Positions 9,025 through 19,237 of a stretch of 64,000 bases of DNA are shown here, one piece after another. Position numbers and translations under genes: made by a program. The DNA is from an uncultured bacterium (GTDB taxonomy: Bacteria; Armatimonadota; Hebobacteria; Hebobacterales; Hebobacteraceae), in the NCBI GenBank assembly GCA_964559435.1, contig CAZLHI010000001.1:103168-167167 (forward strand), in the 5' to 3' direction. Within the stretch, counting starts at the first letter, position 1; each line of letters opens with the position of its first letter. The notes below the pieces were generated by a model. The model did not search any database. It was not told the DNA's origin and worked only from the letters and a program-made list of their open reading frames with translations.

Positions 9025-10417
9025 TCTCCCGCGGGAGCTGGTGCTGGCGGCGACACGCGGCGAGTTCATCGGAGCCACGCTGCCCGCGACCCTTCGCGGG
9101 GTATCGACCGACACGCGGACGCTTCAGCGGGGTGCGCTCTTCGTTGCCCTAAGGGGCGAGCGCTATGATGCTCACGACTTCGTGTCTGAGGCATTCGACA
9201 AGGGCGCGGGCGCCGCGCTCGTCTCCCACACGATAGAGGCGTCTGGACCGTTGATAGTGGTGGGGGACACGCTCCAGGCGCTCGGGGCGCTTGCCAGCGC
9301 GCATCGCAGCAAGCTCGACCCGCGAGTACTGGCGATTACAGGCAGCACCGGCAAGACAACCGCAAAGGAAATGCTAGCAGCCATACTCTCTCAGGGCTGG
9401 AAGACCGGCCGCACGCCGGGTAACTACAACAACGAGATCGGAGTCCCGCTGGCCCTGCTGGAGCTGGATTCCTCACATCAGGCCGTGGTGGTTGAGCTGG
9501 CGATGCGGGGGCAGGCCCAGATCGGCTACCTGGCCTGCATGGTCCGGCCGCAGATTGGGGTCATCACCAACATCGGTGTCTCGCACCTCGAGCTGCTCGG
9601 CACCCGGGAGGCGATTGCCGAGGCCAAGGCGGAGCTGCTGAGCAACCTCCCCTCCTCCGGCGTCGCGGTTCTCAATGCCGATGATGACTTCTTCGCGTTT
9701 CTGAAGGAGCGGAGCCCCTGTCGCGTTATCTCCTTCGGCGGCAACCGGGAAGCTGAGGTCCGAACGCAAGATGTCTCCGTGCGAGACGACGGAAGCACTG
9801 AGTTTCTTCTGAGCGGAGAGTATGGGGAATTCCGCCTTTCCCTGCGCGCAGCAGGACGCCATCAGGCCTTGAATGCGGCCGCGGCAGCCGCCGCTGCGAT
9901 GGCTTCGGGTGCCGAGCCTGAGTGGGTCACGGCCGGCCTTGAGGCCTTCGACGGGACTGACATGCGCAGCCAGATCGCGAAGGCGCCAGGCGGATACACG
10001 GTGATCGACGACTGCTACAACGCTGCGCCGGACTCGATGCGCGTTGCCCTGGAGCTGCTGGCCGATCTGCCCGGCGAGCGCAAATGGGCCGTCCTGGGCG
10101 ATATGAAGGAGCTGGGGCCGCTCGCTCCAGACTGGCATCGAGACGTGGGCGGCCTCGCGGCGGGCATCGGGCTGGCGGGTCTAATAACACTGGGGGAGCT
10201 GGGGCATTACATCGCAGAGGGCGCGAGAACTCGCGCGTCCGTCGAGCACGTTATCGAGGCCGAGGACAACGACAACGCAGCCGAGATCTTGATGACACGC
10301 GTCTCCCCAGGCGATGTCGTCCTTGTGAAGGGCTCGCGCGCAATGAAGATGGAGGCAACCGTCAGTCGCCTGCTCCAGCCACAGACCCCGGCGCGAGGTG
10401 GTCGTACGAATGACTGA
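9017..10417 (+). CDS. murF: UDP-N-acetylmuramoyl-tripeptide--D-alanyl-D-alanine ligase MurF
   Basis: GTG at 9017 overlaps the murE stop by 8 nt. ITGSTGKTTAKEM P-loop. The upstream part of the ORF-track entry is an out-of-frame overlap with murE. Confidence 0.93.
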   Translation: MPDLPRELVLAATRGEFIGATLPATLRGVSTDTRTLQRGALFVALRGERYDAHDFVSEAFDKGAGAALVSHTIEASGPLIVVGDTLQALGALASAHRSKLDPRVLAITGSTGKTTAKEMLAAILSQGWKTGRTPGNYNNEIGVPLALLELDSSHQAVVVELAMRGQAQIGYLACMVRPQIGVITNIGVSHLELLGTREAIAEAKAELLSNLPSSGVAVLNADDDFFAFLKERSPCRVISFGGNREAEVRTQDVSVRDDGSTEFLLSGEYGEFRLSLRAAGRHQALNAAAAAAAAMASGAEPEWVTAGLEAFDGTDMRSQIAKAPGGYTVIDDCYNAAPDSMRVALELLADLPGERKWAVLGDMKELGPLAPDWHRDVGGLAAGIGLAGLITLGELGHYIAEGARTRASVEHVIEAEDNDNAAEILMTRVSPGDVVLVKGSRAMKMEATVSRLLQPQTPARGGRTND

Positions 10418-11396
10418 CCAGGTCACGCCGCCGCAAATGGCGATCATCCTTGTCAGCGCCGTGATTCTCGTCCTGGTGCTGGGAGCGCCAACCATCCCGC
10501 TGTTGCGGAGGGCCGGAGCCGGACAGCGGGTACGAGACGACGGGCCACAGCGCCACCTGGAGAAGGAGGGTACGCCCACGATGGGCGGCATACTCATCGT
10601 GGCGGCCGTGGTGATCGCGGCCGCAGCCGGTGGCTTTTGGCTGTCCGGAGGAGTCAGCGTGGAGATGGGCACCGTGCTGGCGGCAATGCTGGCATTCGCC
10701 AGCATCGGGGCGGCGGATGATTGGATGAAGATCAACCGCGGCCGCTCGCTTGGGCTGCTGGCCCGATACAAGCTGCTTCTTCAAGTAGTCGTTGCCGTCG
10801 CGTTCGTCTACGCACTCGTAGGACGGCGAGCCCTGGCCGCCGCCTCGGCCACCGAGCCCGGAACCACGCCGCTCACTCCGGTATGGGTCGTCTTCTGGGT
10901 CGTCGCCATGACCGCGACGTCAAACGCGGTCAACCTCTCCGACGGCCTGGACGGCCTTGCTTCCGGGCTCTCCGCCATTGCCGCCATGGGGTTCGCGCTG
11001 CTGGCGCTGAAGGCGGGCGATCAGACCCTCGCAATAGCCGGGCTGTCGCTGGCGGGGGCATGTCTCGGCTTCCTTTTCTTCAATCGGCACCCCGCCCGAG
11101 TCTTCATGGGCGACGTCGGCTCGCTCGCGCTCGGCGGGGCCCTCGCGGCGATGGCAGCTTGGCTCAATCAACCGTTGGCCCTCGTGGGCTTGTGCCTCGT
11201 GCCCTTCGCCGAGGCCGGTTCCGTGGTGATCCAGGTCATATCCTTCAAGACGACCGGCAGGCGGGTGTTCAAGATGAGCCCGATTCACCACCACTTCGAG
11301 CTCTCCGGTTGGCCTGAGCGGCGGGTCGTGCACACTTTCTGGCTGGTGGCACTCGTCGCCGCTGTGGCGGTCGTTGGGATATCACGAGCAGCATGA
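10410..11396 (+). CDS. mraY: Phospho-N-acetylmuramoyl-pentapeptide transferase MraY
   Basis: ATG at 10410 is 9 nt after GAGGTGG (an alternative GTG lies at 10398). NAVNLSDGLDGLA, GDVGSLALGG and HHHFE motifs are present. Confidence 0.95.
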   Translation: MTDQVTPPQMAIILVSAVILVLVLGAPTIPLLRRAGAGQRVRDDGPQRHLEKEGTPTMGGILIVAAVVIAAAAGGFWLSGGVSVEMGTVLAAMLAFASIGAADDWMKINRGRSLGLLARYKLLLQVVVAVAFVYALVGRRALAAASATEPGTTPLTPVWVVFWVVAMTATSNAVNLSDGLDGLASGLSAIAAMGFALLALKAGDQTLAIAGLSLAGACLGFLFFNRHPARVFMGDVGSLALGGALAAMAAWLNQPLALVGLCLVPFAEAGSVVIQVISFKTTGRRVFKMSPIHHHFELSGWPERRVVHTFWLVALVAAVAVVGISRAA

Positions 11397-12784
11397 GCAC
11401 CTCCGCGGCCACAACTCGCAGCTTTGCAGGAATGCGGGTCCATGTGATCGGCCTGGGCAGGTACGGCACGGGCCGCGAAGTCGCCCGCGTCCTGGCCGAG
11501 CGGGGCGCTTCTGTGATCGTGTCCGATGTGAAGTCCGCCGCCGAGCTGGCCGACGAGATCGAAGCCCTCCAGCAAACTGGCGTAACAATTGAGACAGGAG
11601 ATGATGCCTATCGGGGGATAGATGAGGCAGATCTCATCGTTCCCAGCCCCGGCGTCCCGCTCGACATACCTCCCCTACTCCGCGCAGCCAAGCGCGACGT
11701 CGAGATAGTCAGCGAGATCGAGATCGCCTACTGGATTGCTCCCTGTCCGATCATCGCGGTGAGTGGCACAAAGGGGAAATCGACAACCACGGCGCTGATC
11801 GGCGAGATACTGAGGCAGGAAGGCAAGAAGGTGCTGGTTGGGGGCAACATCGGCCGACCTCTGGTGAGCCTCGCCGATAGGGCGGCGTCGGACGAGATGC
11901 TGGTGAGCGAAGTCAGCAGCTTCCAGCTCGAAGCATCACGGAGCTTCCGGCCGAAGGTCGCCGCACTCCTCAATCTCCTCCCGGACCATCTGGACCGCCA
12001 TCACACCATGGTGGAGTACCGGAGCGCCAAGGCCAGGCTGCTCGTGAATCAGCAGCCACATGACACCGCCGTCCTCAACCAGGATGACCCCGAAGCCTGG
12101 GCCATGGCAGATCTCACGCGTGCGCTCGTCGTGCCCTTCAGTGTCTCTTCTCCTGCGCCGCAGGGGGCGGATATAGCCGGTGGCTGGCTCCGCGTGCAGG
12201 GACGGCCGGTATGCCCCGAGGATACGGTCCGCCTGCGCGGGCGGCACAACTTGTCGAACGTCCTCGCCGCCCTGGCAGCGGCCCGGTCGGCCGGCGCATC
12301 CCTGGACCGCGCCGCCGAAACTCTGGAAGGTTTCGAGGGCCTGGAACATCGTCTCGAGGTCGCCGCCGTGATCGACGGAGTGACCTTTGTTAACGATTCT
12401 CAGGCCACCACGCCCGACGCGGCTGTGGCGGCGCTGCGAGCATTTCCCGAGCACGTCGTTCTCATAGCGGGCGGCCGTGCCAAGGTTCCCAACTTCAAGC
12501 GCTTGGGCAGGACGATCGCTGAGTGCAAAGCAGATCTCATCGTCATGGGAGAGGCCGCCGAGCAGATCGCAGCGGCCGCACGGGCGGCCGGCGTCACGAG
12601 CATCGCGCGCGCGGCTGACCTCTCGGAAGCCGTTCGGCTCGCTCATCGCACAGCGCGGCGCGGTGACCTGGTGCTGTTGTCGCCGGCCTGCGCAAGCTTC
12701 GACATGTTCCCCAACATGGCGGAGCGCGGCCGCGCCTTCAAAGCGTTGGTAGCAGATGTGGCAGAACACGAGGGGACACACTAG
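11393..12784 (+). CDS. murD: UDP-N-acetylmuramoylalanine--D-glutamate ligase MurD
   Basis: ATGA overlap with mraY. VSGTKGKSTT P-loop. Confidence 0.95.
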   Translation: MSTSAATTRSFAGMRVHVIGLGRYGTGREVARVLAERGASVIVSDVKSAAELADEIEALQQTGVTIETGDDAYRGIDEADLIVPSPGVPLDIPPLLRAAKRDVEIVSEIEIAYWIAPCPIIAVSGTKGKSTTTALIGEILRQEGKKVLVGGNIGRPLVSLADRAASDEMLVSEVSSFQLEASRSFRPKVAALLNLLPDHLDRHHTMVEYRSAKARLLVNQQPHDTAVLNQDDPEAWAMADLTRALVVPFSVSSPAPQGADIAGGWLRVQGRPVCPEDTVRLRGRHNLSNVLAALAAARSAGASLDRAAETLEGFEGLEHRLEVAAVIDGVTFVNDSQATTPDAAVAALRAFPEHVVLIAGGRAKVPNFKRLGRTIAECKADLIVMGEAAEQIAAAARAAGVTSIARAADLSEAVRLAHRTARRGDLVLLSPACASFDMFPNMAERGRAFKALVADVAEHEGTH

Positions 12785-12786
12785 CG

Positions 12787-13953
12787 GTGTCAGCAATCCG
12801 AGCCATTCGGATATCGGAGTCGAAGCTTGAGCCGCAGGAGGGCGCGGGCACAGATCTGTACGTGCTCGTCCCCACGCTGATCTTGGTCGCGCTGGGCATT
12901 GCCATGGTGTTCAGCGCCAGCATACCGATGGCGGCTGTTGACGAAAGCGAGAACGTATTCTACTACCTGAAGCGGGAGCTTCTGTTCGCTGCCGTGGGCC
13001 TGGCCGCGATGTGGGGGATGAGCCGCCTCCCCATGGATGGTCTGCAGAGGTGGGCCGGTACGGTGCTCTTTGCGGCGATAGGGCTTCTCGTCTACGTCCT
13101 GCTGTTCGGCGTGAGAGTCAATGGAGCTCTTTCGTGGGTTGCGATCTCCGGGACGAATCTGCGCCTCCAGCCGAGCGAGTTCGCGAAGATCGCGCTCGTC
13201 ATTGCGACGGCCCGCTATTTCGCGAAGTTCCCCATGGGATTGCCCACCTGGCGCCGCGCGGTCCCGCCGTTCGTGGTCCTCGGAGCGATGGCAGGCCTGA
13301 TCGCGATCGAGCCCGACATGGGCACCGCGGCGGTGCTGGTCGCCGCCGCGATCATCTACTTCCACGTCGCCGGCGCCAAGATCTCGCATCTACTGGTGGC
13401 CGGCGCCGTCGGCCTGGCGGGTGCGACCGTGATGGTCGCTCGAAATCCGTACCAGCTCCAGCGGCTCATAGCCTTCATCCACCGAGACGAACTGCCGCTT
13501 GAGGAGGGGTATCACGCTACGCAATCTCTCATCGCACTCGGCTCAGGCGGCCTGACTGGATGCGGATACTGCGGCAGCATCTGGAAGTACTTCTACCTGC
13601 CGGCTGCCATCACGGATTCGATATTCGCAGTGATAGGAGAGGAACTCGGACTCATAGCAACTTGGGCTGTCATCGTCCTCTTCGCCATCCTGGTCTGGCG
13701 AGGAATGGCCGTCGCCGCGCGCGCCTCCGACCGGTTCTCGGGGTTGGTGGCGACGGGGATCACCTGTCTCCTCGGAGTTCAGGCGCTCTTGAACATTGCC
13801 GTGGCCACCGACACCGTTCCGCCGACGGGAGTGCCGCTGCCGTTCGTGAGCTACGGAGGCTCGTCGCTCTTGTTCTCGCTCGTCGGCGTCGGACTCCTGC
13901 TGAACGTCTCCCGCAACAGCATCACGGAGAGGCAGGCATTGGCCAGCAGATGA
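12787..13953 (+). CDS. ftsW: SEDS peptidoglycan glycosyltransferase FtsW
   Basis: Polytopic membrane protein with PSEFAKIALV and LPFVSYGGSSLL motifs. Sits in the dcw position next to murD. Confidence 0.9.
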   Translation: MSAIRAIRISESKLEPQEGAGTDLYVLVPTLILVALGIAMVFSASIPMAAVDESENVFYYLKRELLFAAVGLAAMWGMSRLPMDGLQRWAGTVLFAAIGLLVYVLLFGVRVNGALSWVAISGTNLRLQPSEFAKIALVIATARYFAKFPMGLPTWRRAVPPFVVLGAMAGLIAIEPDMGTAAVLVAAAIIYFHVAGAKISHLLVAGAVGLAGATVMVARNPYQLQRLIAFIHRDELPLEEGYHATQSLIALGSGGLTGCGYCGSIWKYFYLPAAITDSIFAVIGEELGLIATWAVIVLFAILVWRGMAVAARASDRFSGLVATGITCLLGVQALLNIAVATDTVPPTGVPLPFVSYGGSSLLFSLVGVGLLLNVSRNSITERQALASR

Positions 13954-15350
13954 CACAGCACACGCACATGATTGGCATCGGCGGCATCGGAATGAGTGCT
14001 CTCGCGCACATACTGTTGCATCGGGGCCACCGGGTCTCAGGCTGTGACATCCAACGGTCCGAGATCACGGACGGGCTGGCCGCCCAAGGAGCGGAGATCA
14101 GCGTCGGCCACGACCCAGGACACCTGGCCGGCGCCGACCGCGTCGTCGCCTCAGACGCCGTTCGCTCTGACAACCTGGAGCTGGCGCGAGCGCGAGAGCT
14201 AGGCCTGCCGGTGCAGAGACGATCGGAGCTGCTGGCCGAACTCATGGAGGGATCCCAGGGCGTCGCGGTCTCGGGAACACACGGTAAGACGACTCTCACG
14301 GCCATGCTGGGTCTCATACTCGCCGAGGCAGGGCTCGACCCGACAGTTGTCCTGGGCGGCGAGCTCGCGGAGTTTGGGGGCAACGCCAGGGTCGGCGGCG
14401 GAGACTGGTTCGTGGCCGAGGCGTGTGAAGCATACGAGTCCTTCCTAGACCTGCGCCCAGCGATCGCGGTCGTCACCAACATCGAGCCGGATCATCTGGA
14501 TCATCACAAGACAGAGGACCACTTGCGCAGCAGCTTCGTCGAGTTTCTCCACCGTGTCGTCCCCTCGGGCTCGATAGTCCTGTGCGCCGACCGAGCAGAA
14601 CTGCAGGGCCTGCCTCTCCCGCCTCGCCGGAAGACCGTCTGGTATGGCACGGGCGATCAGGCGCGGGTTCGCGGAACGGAGGTCGAGATGTCCGGGCGGA
14701 ATGCGAGCTGCAAGCTCTTGCTTGATAACCGGCCTGCGGGCACGCTCGCGCTCGGCGCGGCCGGCGTCCATAACGTCGTCAACGCTCTCGGCGCGACCGC
14801 TGCGGGGCTGGCCGCGGGCGCGTCCCTCTCAGCTTGTCAGCGGGCGCTCCGAGACTTCAGAGGTGTCGGCCGAAGGTTCGAGGTGGTGGCCGAGTGCTCG
14901 GGGGTCACGGTCGTGGACGACTACGCCCATCACCCTACGGAGATCGATGCGACAATTGCCGCCGCGCGCACCGCCTTCCCCGGCCGCCGCATCGTGGCAC
15001 TGTTCCAGCCTCATCTCTACTCGCGCACGCGGGATTTCGCCGAGCGATTCTCTCAAGCGCTCAGCAAGGCCGACCTGTCTGTCCTCACCGCGATCTACCC
15101 CGCACGCGAGGAACCGATCCCCGGCGTGACGTCTGCGCTCATCGCTGATCGCCTTCGCGAGCTGGCGGGGGAGGACGCCGTGTTGGAGATGGCGAAGCAA
15201 CAACTGGCGACTGAGCTTCCGGCGCATGTCCGGCCGGGAGATGTCATACTGTCCATGGGCGCTGGCGATATCGGCCGAGAGGTCCGAATCTTGGCACGGT
15301 CCCTGGGCGCATCACTCGGCTCAGACGAAGAGGTCGTCGCGAAGCAATGA
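13950..15350 (+). CDS. murC: UDP-N-acetylmuramate--L-alanine ligase MurC
   Basis: ATGA overlap with ftsW. MIGIGGIGMSALA and VSGTHGKTT motifs. The upstream 130 codons in the ORF track are an alternative frame of ftsW. Confidence 0.95.
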   Translation: MTQHTHMIGIGGIGMSALAHILLHRGHRVSGCDIQRSEITDGLAAQGAEISVGHDPGHLAGADRVVASDAVRSDNLELARARELGLPVQRRSELLAELMEGSQGVAVSGTHGKTTLTAMLGLILAEAGLDPTVVLGGELAEFGGNARVGGGDWFVAEACEAYESFLDLRPAIAVVTNIEPDHLDHHKTEDHLRSSFVEFLHRVVPSGSIVLCADRAELQGLPLPPRRKTVWYGTGDQARVRGTEVEMSGRNASCKLLLDNRPAGTLALGAAGVHNVVNALGATAAGLAAGASLSACQRALRDFRGVGRRFEVVAECSGVTVVDDYAHHPTEIDATIAAARTAFPGRRIVALFQPHLYSRTRDFAERFSQALSKADLSVLTAIYPAREEPIPGVTSALIADRLRELAGEDAVLEMAKQQLATELPAHVRPGDVILSMGAGDIGREVRILARSLGASLGSDEEVVAKQ

Positions 15351-16312
15351 ACACCGGACAGCAGACCTATGTTGCAGCACCGCTCGTAGCACAGCCGCGC
15401 CGGCAGATCGAACTGGCCGGAGCCGAACTCGGCAGCGTTCTGCGTGGCCGCGTCCGCCTGCACGAGGCCATGGCGCGGCACACGAGCTTCCGTATAGGCG
15501 GCCCCGCCGACATTTTCGTCCTGCCCCGCGACGCGGAGGACCTGGCGGCCGCGATACAGTTCGCGCGCGCCAAAGGCCTCCCCTACAAGGTGATCGGGAA
15601 CGGCAGCAATCTCCTGGTCTCAGACAATGGCATCCGCGGTGTAGTCGCGCGACTCACGCCCGCCTTCGGCGAGGTCGAGTGGTTGGAGGACGGCGTCCTG
15701 GCCGGCGCAGGCGCGAAGCTCGCCCGACTCGTCAAGGAGGCCTGCAGCGTCGGGCTCAGCGGCCTTGAGTCGACGGTGGGTATTCCCGGCACTCTGGGGG
15801 GCGCGCTTGCGACCAACGCGGGCACTGATACAGGATCGATCGGCGATCTCGTGGTCGGTGCCACGGTGCTCGACTGCGACGGCGAAGTGCGAGAATGGAC
15901 GGCAGAGCAGTTCGCATACCGGTACCGATATAGCAACCTGGGCGCGTCGAAAGCCACCGTGATCGCTGCGCGCCTTCGGCTGGAGCCCGCCACAACGGAA
16001 GACGTCGTTGCGAAGGTAGACCGTCTCCGAGAGAAGCGCGCCGGCCGCCAGCCGCTGCGTGCCTGGTCGGCAGGAAGCGTTTTCAAGAACCCGCGTGCGG
16101 TCGCGGCCGGCAAGGTGCTGCATCGCGTCGGGGCCAGGGGCCATCGCATCGGCGACGCCCAGGTGTCTCGCAAGCACGCCAATTTCCTCATCAACCGAGG
16201 GCGCGCCACGGCGGCGCAGATGCACGAGTTGATTGCCTGGGCGCATGCCCTTGCGCTGAAACGCTACGGGATAGACCTCGAGCTCGAGATAGAGCTGATT
16301 GGAGATCGGTAG
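15347..16312 (+). CDS. murB: UDP-N-acetylenolpyruvoylglucosamine reductase MurB
   Basis: ATGA overlap with murC. FAD-binding FRIGGPADIF ... GNGSNLLV. Confidence 0.93.
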   Translation: MNTGQQTYVAAPLVAQPRRQIELAGAELGSVLRGRVRLHEAMARHTSFRIGGPADIFVLPRDAEDLAAAIQFARAKGLPYKVIGNGSNLLVSDNGIRGVVARLTPAFGEVEWLEDGVLAGAGAKLARLVKEACSVGLSGLESTVGIPGTLGGALATNAGTDTGSIGDLVVGATVLDCDGEVREWTAEQFAYRYRYSNLGASKATVIAARLRLEPATTEDVVAKVDRLREKRAGRQPLRAWSAGSVFKNPRAVAAGKVLHRVGARGHRIGDAQVSRKHANFLINRGRATAAQMHELIAWAHALALKRYGIDLELEIELIGDR

Positions 16313-16316
16313 CCAT

Positions 16317-17336
16317 ATGGCCAAGCTCCGCGTCACAGTTCTCACCGGGGGCACCTCGCCCGAGCGCGAAGTGTGCTGGATGAGCGGCCGCAAAGTGATG
16401 GGCGCGCTCGACCCCTCCAGATACGAGACCAGATGCGTCGATCTCGCGGCGATCACGGGTGAGCGAGCGGTTGACCTTGCACGCCTCGTCCTCTCTCCGG
16501 ACTCTACCACTGGGCGTCTCTCTCCGGGAGACGCCCAGTCCGACGGCATGCCAGATGTCGTCTTCATCGCGCTGCACGGCGGGACGGGCGAGAACGGGAC
16601 CGTTCAGGGAATGCTCGAGCTGCTCGGCGTCCCTTACACGGGGTCGGGCGTCTTGGCCAGCGCCCTCGCCATGAACAAGATAATGGCCAAGAAGATTTTC
16701 GAGCGAGAGGGCATTTCGACGCCTAAATGGCTTCCCGTGCGCAGGTCTGATCGGGCCGCTGCCGATGTCGTGATCGGAGAGATAGGTCTCCCGTGCATCG
16801 TCAAGCCAGCGTGCGAGGGATCGACCATTGGGGTGACCGTCGTCAGGGAGACAGAAGGCATCGACCCCGCGTTGGCGACCGCCTTCCAATACGGCCCCGA
16901 GGCCCTCGTCGAGGAGTTCATCGAGGGAACGGAGATCACCGGCCCGGTCATTGGGAACGATGACGCGAGAACCTTGCCGCTGGTTGAAATCCTGCCGAGC
17001 AGTGGCTTCTACGATTACGAGGCCAAGTATACTGCTGGCGCGACCGAAGAAATCGTGCCCGCCCGCGTGCCGGAGGCAACGGCCAGACGGGCTCGTGAGC
17101 TCACGCTCCGCGCTCATCACGCGCTTGGGTGCAGAGGCATTTCTCGCGTGGACATGATGGCGACACCAACAGAGGTCTATGTTCTTGAGGTGAACACCAT
17201 CCCAGGTCTGACTGAGACCAGCCTAGTGCCCCGCGCGGCCCAGGCTGATGGGATGAGCTTTCCGGAGCTCGTAGACCGCCTGCTCGAACTCGCTCTGGAG
17301 GAACGAGAGGTTGACCGGACTAGACGCAACCCATAG
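16317..17336 (+). CDS. ddl: D-alanine--D-alanine ligase
   Basis: ATG at 16317. LHGGTGENGTVQGMLELLGVPYTGSGV and an ATP-grasp core are present. Confidence 0.93.
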   Translation: MAKLRVTVLTGGTSPEREVCWMSGRKVMGALDPSRYETRCVDLAAITGERAVDLARLVLSPDSTTGRLSPGDAQSDGMPDVVFIALHGGTGENGTVQGMLELLGVPYTGSGVLASALAMNKIMAKKIFEREGISTPKWLPVRRSDRAAADVVIGEIGLPCIVKPACEGSTIGVTVVRETEGIDPALATAFQYGPEALVEEFIEGTEITGPVIGNDDARTLPLVEILPSSGFYDYEAKYTAGATEEIVPARVPEATARRARELTLRAHHALGCRGISRVDMMATPTEVYVLEVNTIPGLTETSLVPRAAQADGMSFPELVDRLLELALEEREVDRTRRNP

Positions 17337-18105
17337 GCCCGGCATAGGCGCGGTGAGTGCTGGCGGCCCGCGGAGCCGCCTGTGGCGCCTCCGTCTCGCG
17401 ACTTCCGCTCTCCTTCTGGCGCTGATTGGTGAGCTCGTCTATGCTGTTCTGGCCTCCCCTCGGTTCGCGATGCGGGAGGTGCTGGTACGCGGAGACCCGG
17501 AGATCGCGCGGGAGGCCGCTTCCCGCATCAGCCTCCCGCCGAATACCAACATGTTCCGTGCGCCTCTAGAAGCTGTCAAGCGGCAGGCTGAGAGCGTGGC
17601 GGCAGTTCGGGAAGCTCGCCCTGCGCGCTCCTTCCCAAACCGCCTCGTGGTCGCGGTGGAACGTCGAGAGCCGGCCGCCGTCATCCGCCGTCAGGACGGA
17701 GCGATCCTCGTCGATCCGGAAGGAATTCCGTTCATCTTGCCGCAGGAATGGGGTTGGGGGCTGCCGGAGCTGATCGGGCCGCATATCGCATCGGGGGATG
17801 TCCGGGGGGAGAAGGCCGAGTTGGAGATCGCTCTTCTACTCGGCGTGATGCGCGCCCTCGGCAATGATCCCGGGCTTCGAGTAAGCCGACTTCGACTCGG
17901 GCGCGACGGACAGGTTGAGATCGTGCTGGAGTCGGGGACCAGGGTAAACCTCGGCACCGAGGATCGGCTGACGGCCAAGGTTAAGCTGCTGGCGGCGGCC
18001 CTGGAGCAGATCGGACGCGAACGCATCGCGCGCATCGACCTGGCAGAACCGGCCGCGGCCTTCTGGGAACCCGTGGACGGCCTTCAGTCTGCTGCCGTGA
18101 GGTAG
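17311..18105 (+). CDS. ftsQ: Cell-division protein FtsQ/DivIB (POTRA domain)
   Basis: TTG at 17311 is 8 nt after GGAGGA (an alternative GTG lies at 17353). One TM helix, then a POTRA-like VLVRGDPEI... region. Canonical position after ddl. Confidence 0.75.
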   Translation: MTGLDATHRPGIGAVSAGGPRSRLWRLRLATSALLLALIGELVYAVLASPRFAMREVLVRGDPEIAREAASRISLPPNTNMFRAPLEAVKRQAESVAAVREARPARSFPNRLVVAVERREPAAVIRRQDGAILVDPEGIPFILPQEWGWGLPELIGPHIASGDVRGEKAELEIALLLGVMRALGNDPGLRVSRLRLGRDGQVEIVLESGTRVNLGTEDRLTAKVKLLAAALEQIGRERIARIDLAEPAAAFWEPVDGLQSAAVR

Positions 18106-18111
18106 AAAGCG

Positions 18112-18846
18112 ATGTCCTCCTTGACGCCCGGTGCTAGGCGCTGGGTGATACCGCTGACAGTAGTCTGTATCGTGCTCGGCGGAATGCTTGGCATTCAAGT
18201 GCGGAGCCAACGGGCTCGTGGCGTGACGGAAGCCGGACGACAGACCAGCGCGCTGGTCGGAATGCTTACGCGGAACGAGGCCCAGATCGAACAGCAGAGG
18301 GGGGAGATTGAGAGGCTGAGGTCGCTGCTGGCCGAGTACGAAGAGGAGGCGGCTAGCGAACGAGGACTCGTCAGGCGCATGCGGACGAGCCGCATCGCGC
18401 TCGGCATGGTGGCCGTGAAGGGCCCGGGGATAGAGTTGGAGGTATCCGATAGCACGATGAGGGCCGGCGCGGGTCTCGGCGGCGAGGACCTGTTCGTGGT
18501 TCATGACTTCCAACTCCTCCAGATAACGAACGAGCTCTGGGCCGCGGGCGCGGAAGCCATCGCCCTAAACGGGCAGCGTCTGACGGTGGGAAGCGCGATC
18601 GTCTGCTCTGCGCGCTTGATCGAGGTGAACGGAGTGGCCATCGCCAGCCCGTTCGTTTTTCACGCAATCGGCGACAAAGACAAGCTGATGTCAGCGTTGA
18701 ATATCCGAGGCGGCGTGCTAGATGGTCTGCGAGTGCTGCAGTTCCCGGTGAAGCTCACTCCCAAAGACGAGATCACTGTGCCGCCGGTCGCCGTCGCGCC
18801 CAAGCACAAGTTCGCGGAGCCGGTCGAAAGGGAGAACAAGCAATGA
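18112..18846 (+). CDS. DUF881 division-associated protein (YlxW/YlxX-like)
   Basis: N-terminal TM, a coiled coil, and a conserved C-terminal VKGPGIELEVSD ... ELWAAGAEAIALNGQRL ... block. It occupies the same slot as B. subtilis ylxW/ylxX between divIB and ftsA. Confidence 0.8.
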   Translation: MSSLTPGARRWVIPLTVVCIVLGGMLGIQVRSQRARGVTEAGRQTSALVGMLTRNEAQIEQQRGEIERLRSLLAEYEEEAASERGLVRRMRTSRIALGMVAVKGPGIELEVSDSTMRAGAGLGGEDLFVVHDFQLLQITNELWAAGAEAIALNGQRLTVGSAIVCSARLIEVNGVAIASPFVFHAIGDKDKLMSALNIRGGVLDGLRVLQFPVKLTPKDEITVPPVAVAPKHKFAEPVERENKQ

Positions 18847-19217
18847 TCGCGATTCCCTTCAGCGCTCTCACCATCGGATTCCTCCTGGTCTACCTATTGC
18901 TTCCGCCTGTGCCGCCCCGCTGGGCTGACTACGTGGCGATTGCGATAGTCGCCGGGCTGGACGCCTTCGTGGGCGCGGCGCGGAACTGGCTGGAACGACG
19001 CTTCGACGAGGCCATTTTCATCAGCGGGTTCTTCGTGAACATGGCCCTTGCCGCGCTGCTTGCCTTCTCCGGCGATAAGCTCGGCGTCGACCTCTACCTG
19101 GCCGTAGTGGTGGCACTGGGAATCCGTATCTTCAATAACCTGGGGCGCACGCGGGCGCTTCTGGTCACCGCGCGTTTGGAGGCCCGCAGAGCGAGAGCGG
19201 GCGCGCCTTCTGAGTAG
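18843..19217 (+). CDS. sbp: Small basic protein Sbp (DUF1290)
   Basis: ATGA overlap with the DUF881 gene. Clear similarity to B. subtilis Sbp (FISGFFVNMALAALLAFSGDKLGVDLYLA). Confidence 0.8.
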   Translation: MIAIPFSALTIGFLLVYLLLPPVPPRWADYVAIAIVAGLDAFVGAARNWLERRFDEAIFISGFFVNMALAALLAFSGDKLGVDLYLAVVVALGIRIFNNLGRTRALLVTARLEARRARAGAPSE

Positions 19218-19237
19218 CGCCAACCTGAGGGAAATAG

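Noticed and set aside
7468-9114. A 548-aa ORF on the minus strand, antisense to murE.
   Set aside because: The plus strand encodes an unmistakable MurE. The antisense product is Arg/Gly/Ala/His-rich with no motif. Long stop-free antisense frames are expected in GC-rich DNA.
13560-13949. N-terminal extensions in the ORF track. Examples are murC from 13560, 617-898, 5569-5646, 8825-9016, 29179-29631, 37746-37982, 52057-52137, 53219-53338, 54114-54146, 57054-57179, 59011-59298, 59490-59711 and 61286-61345.
   Set aside because: The extensions run through the preceding gene in another frame, or through non-homologous sequence. Internal ATG/GTG/TTG starts with SD-like sequences or 4-8-nt coupling overlaps give products that begin where homologues begin.
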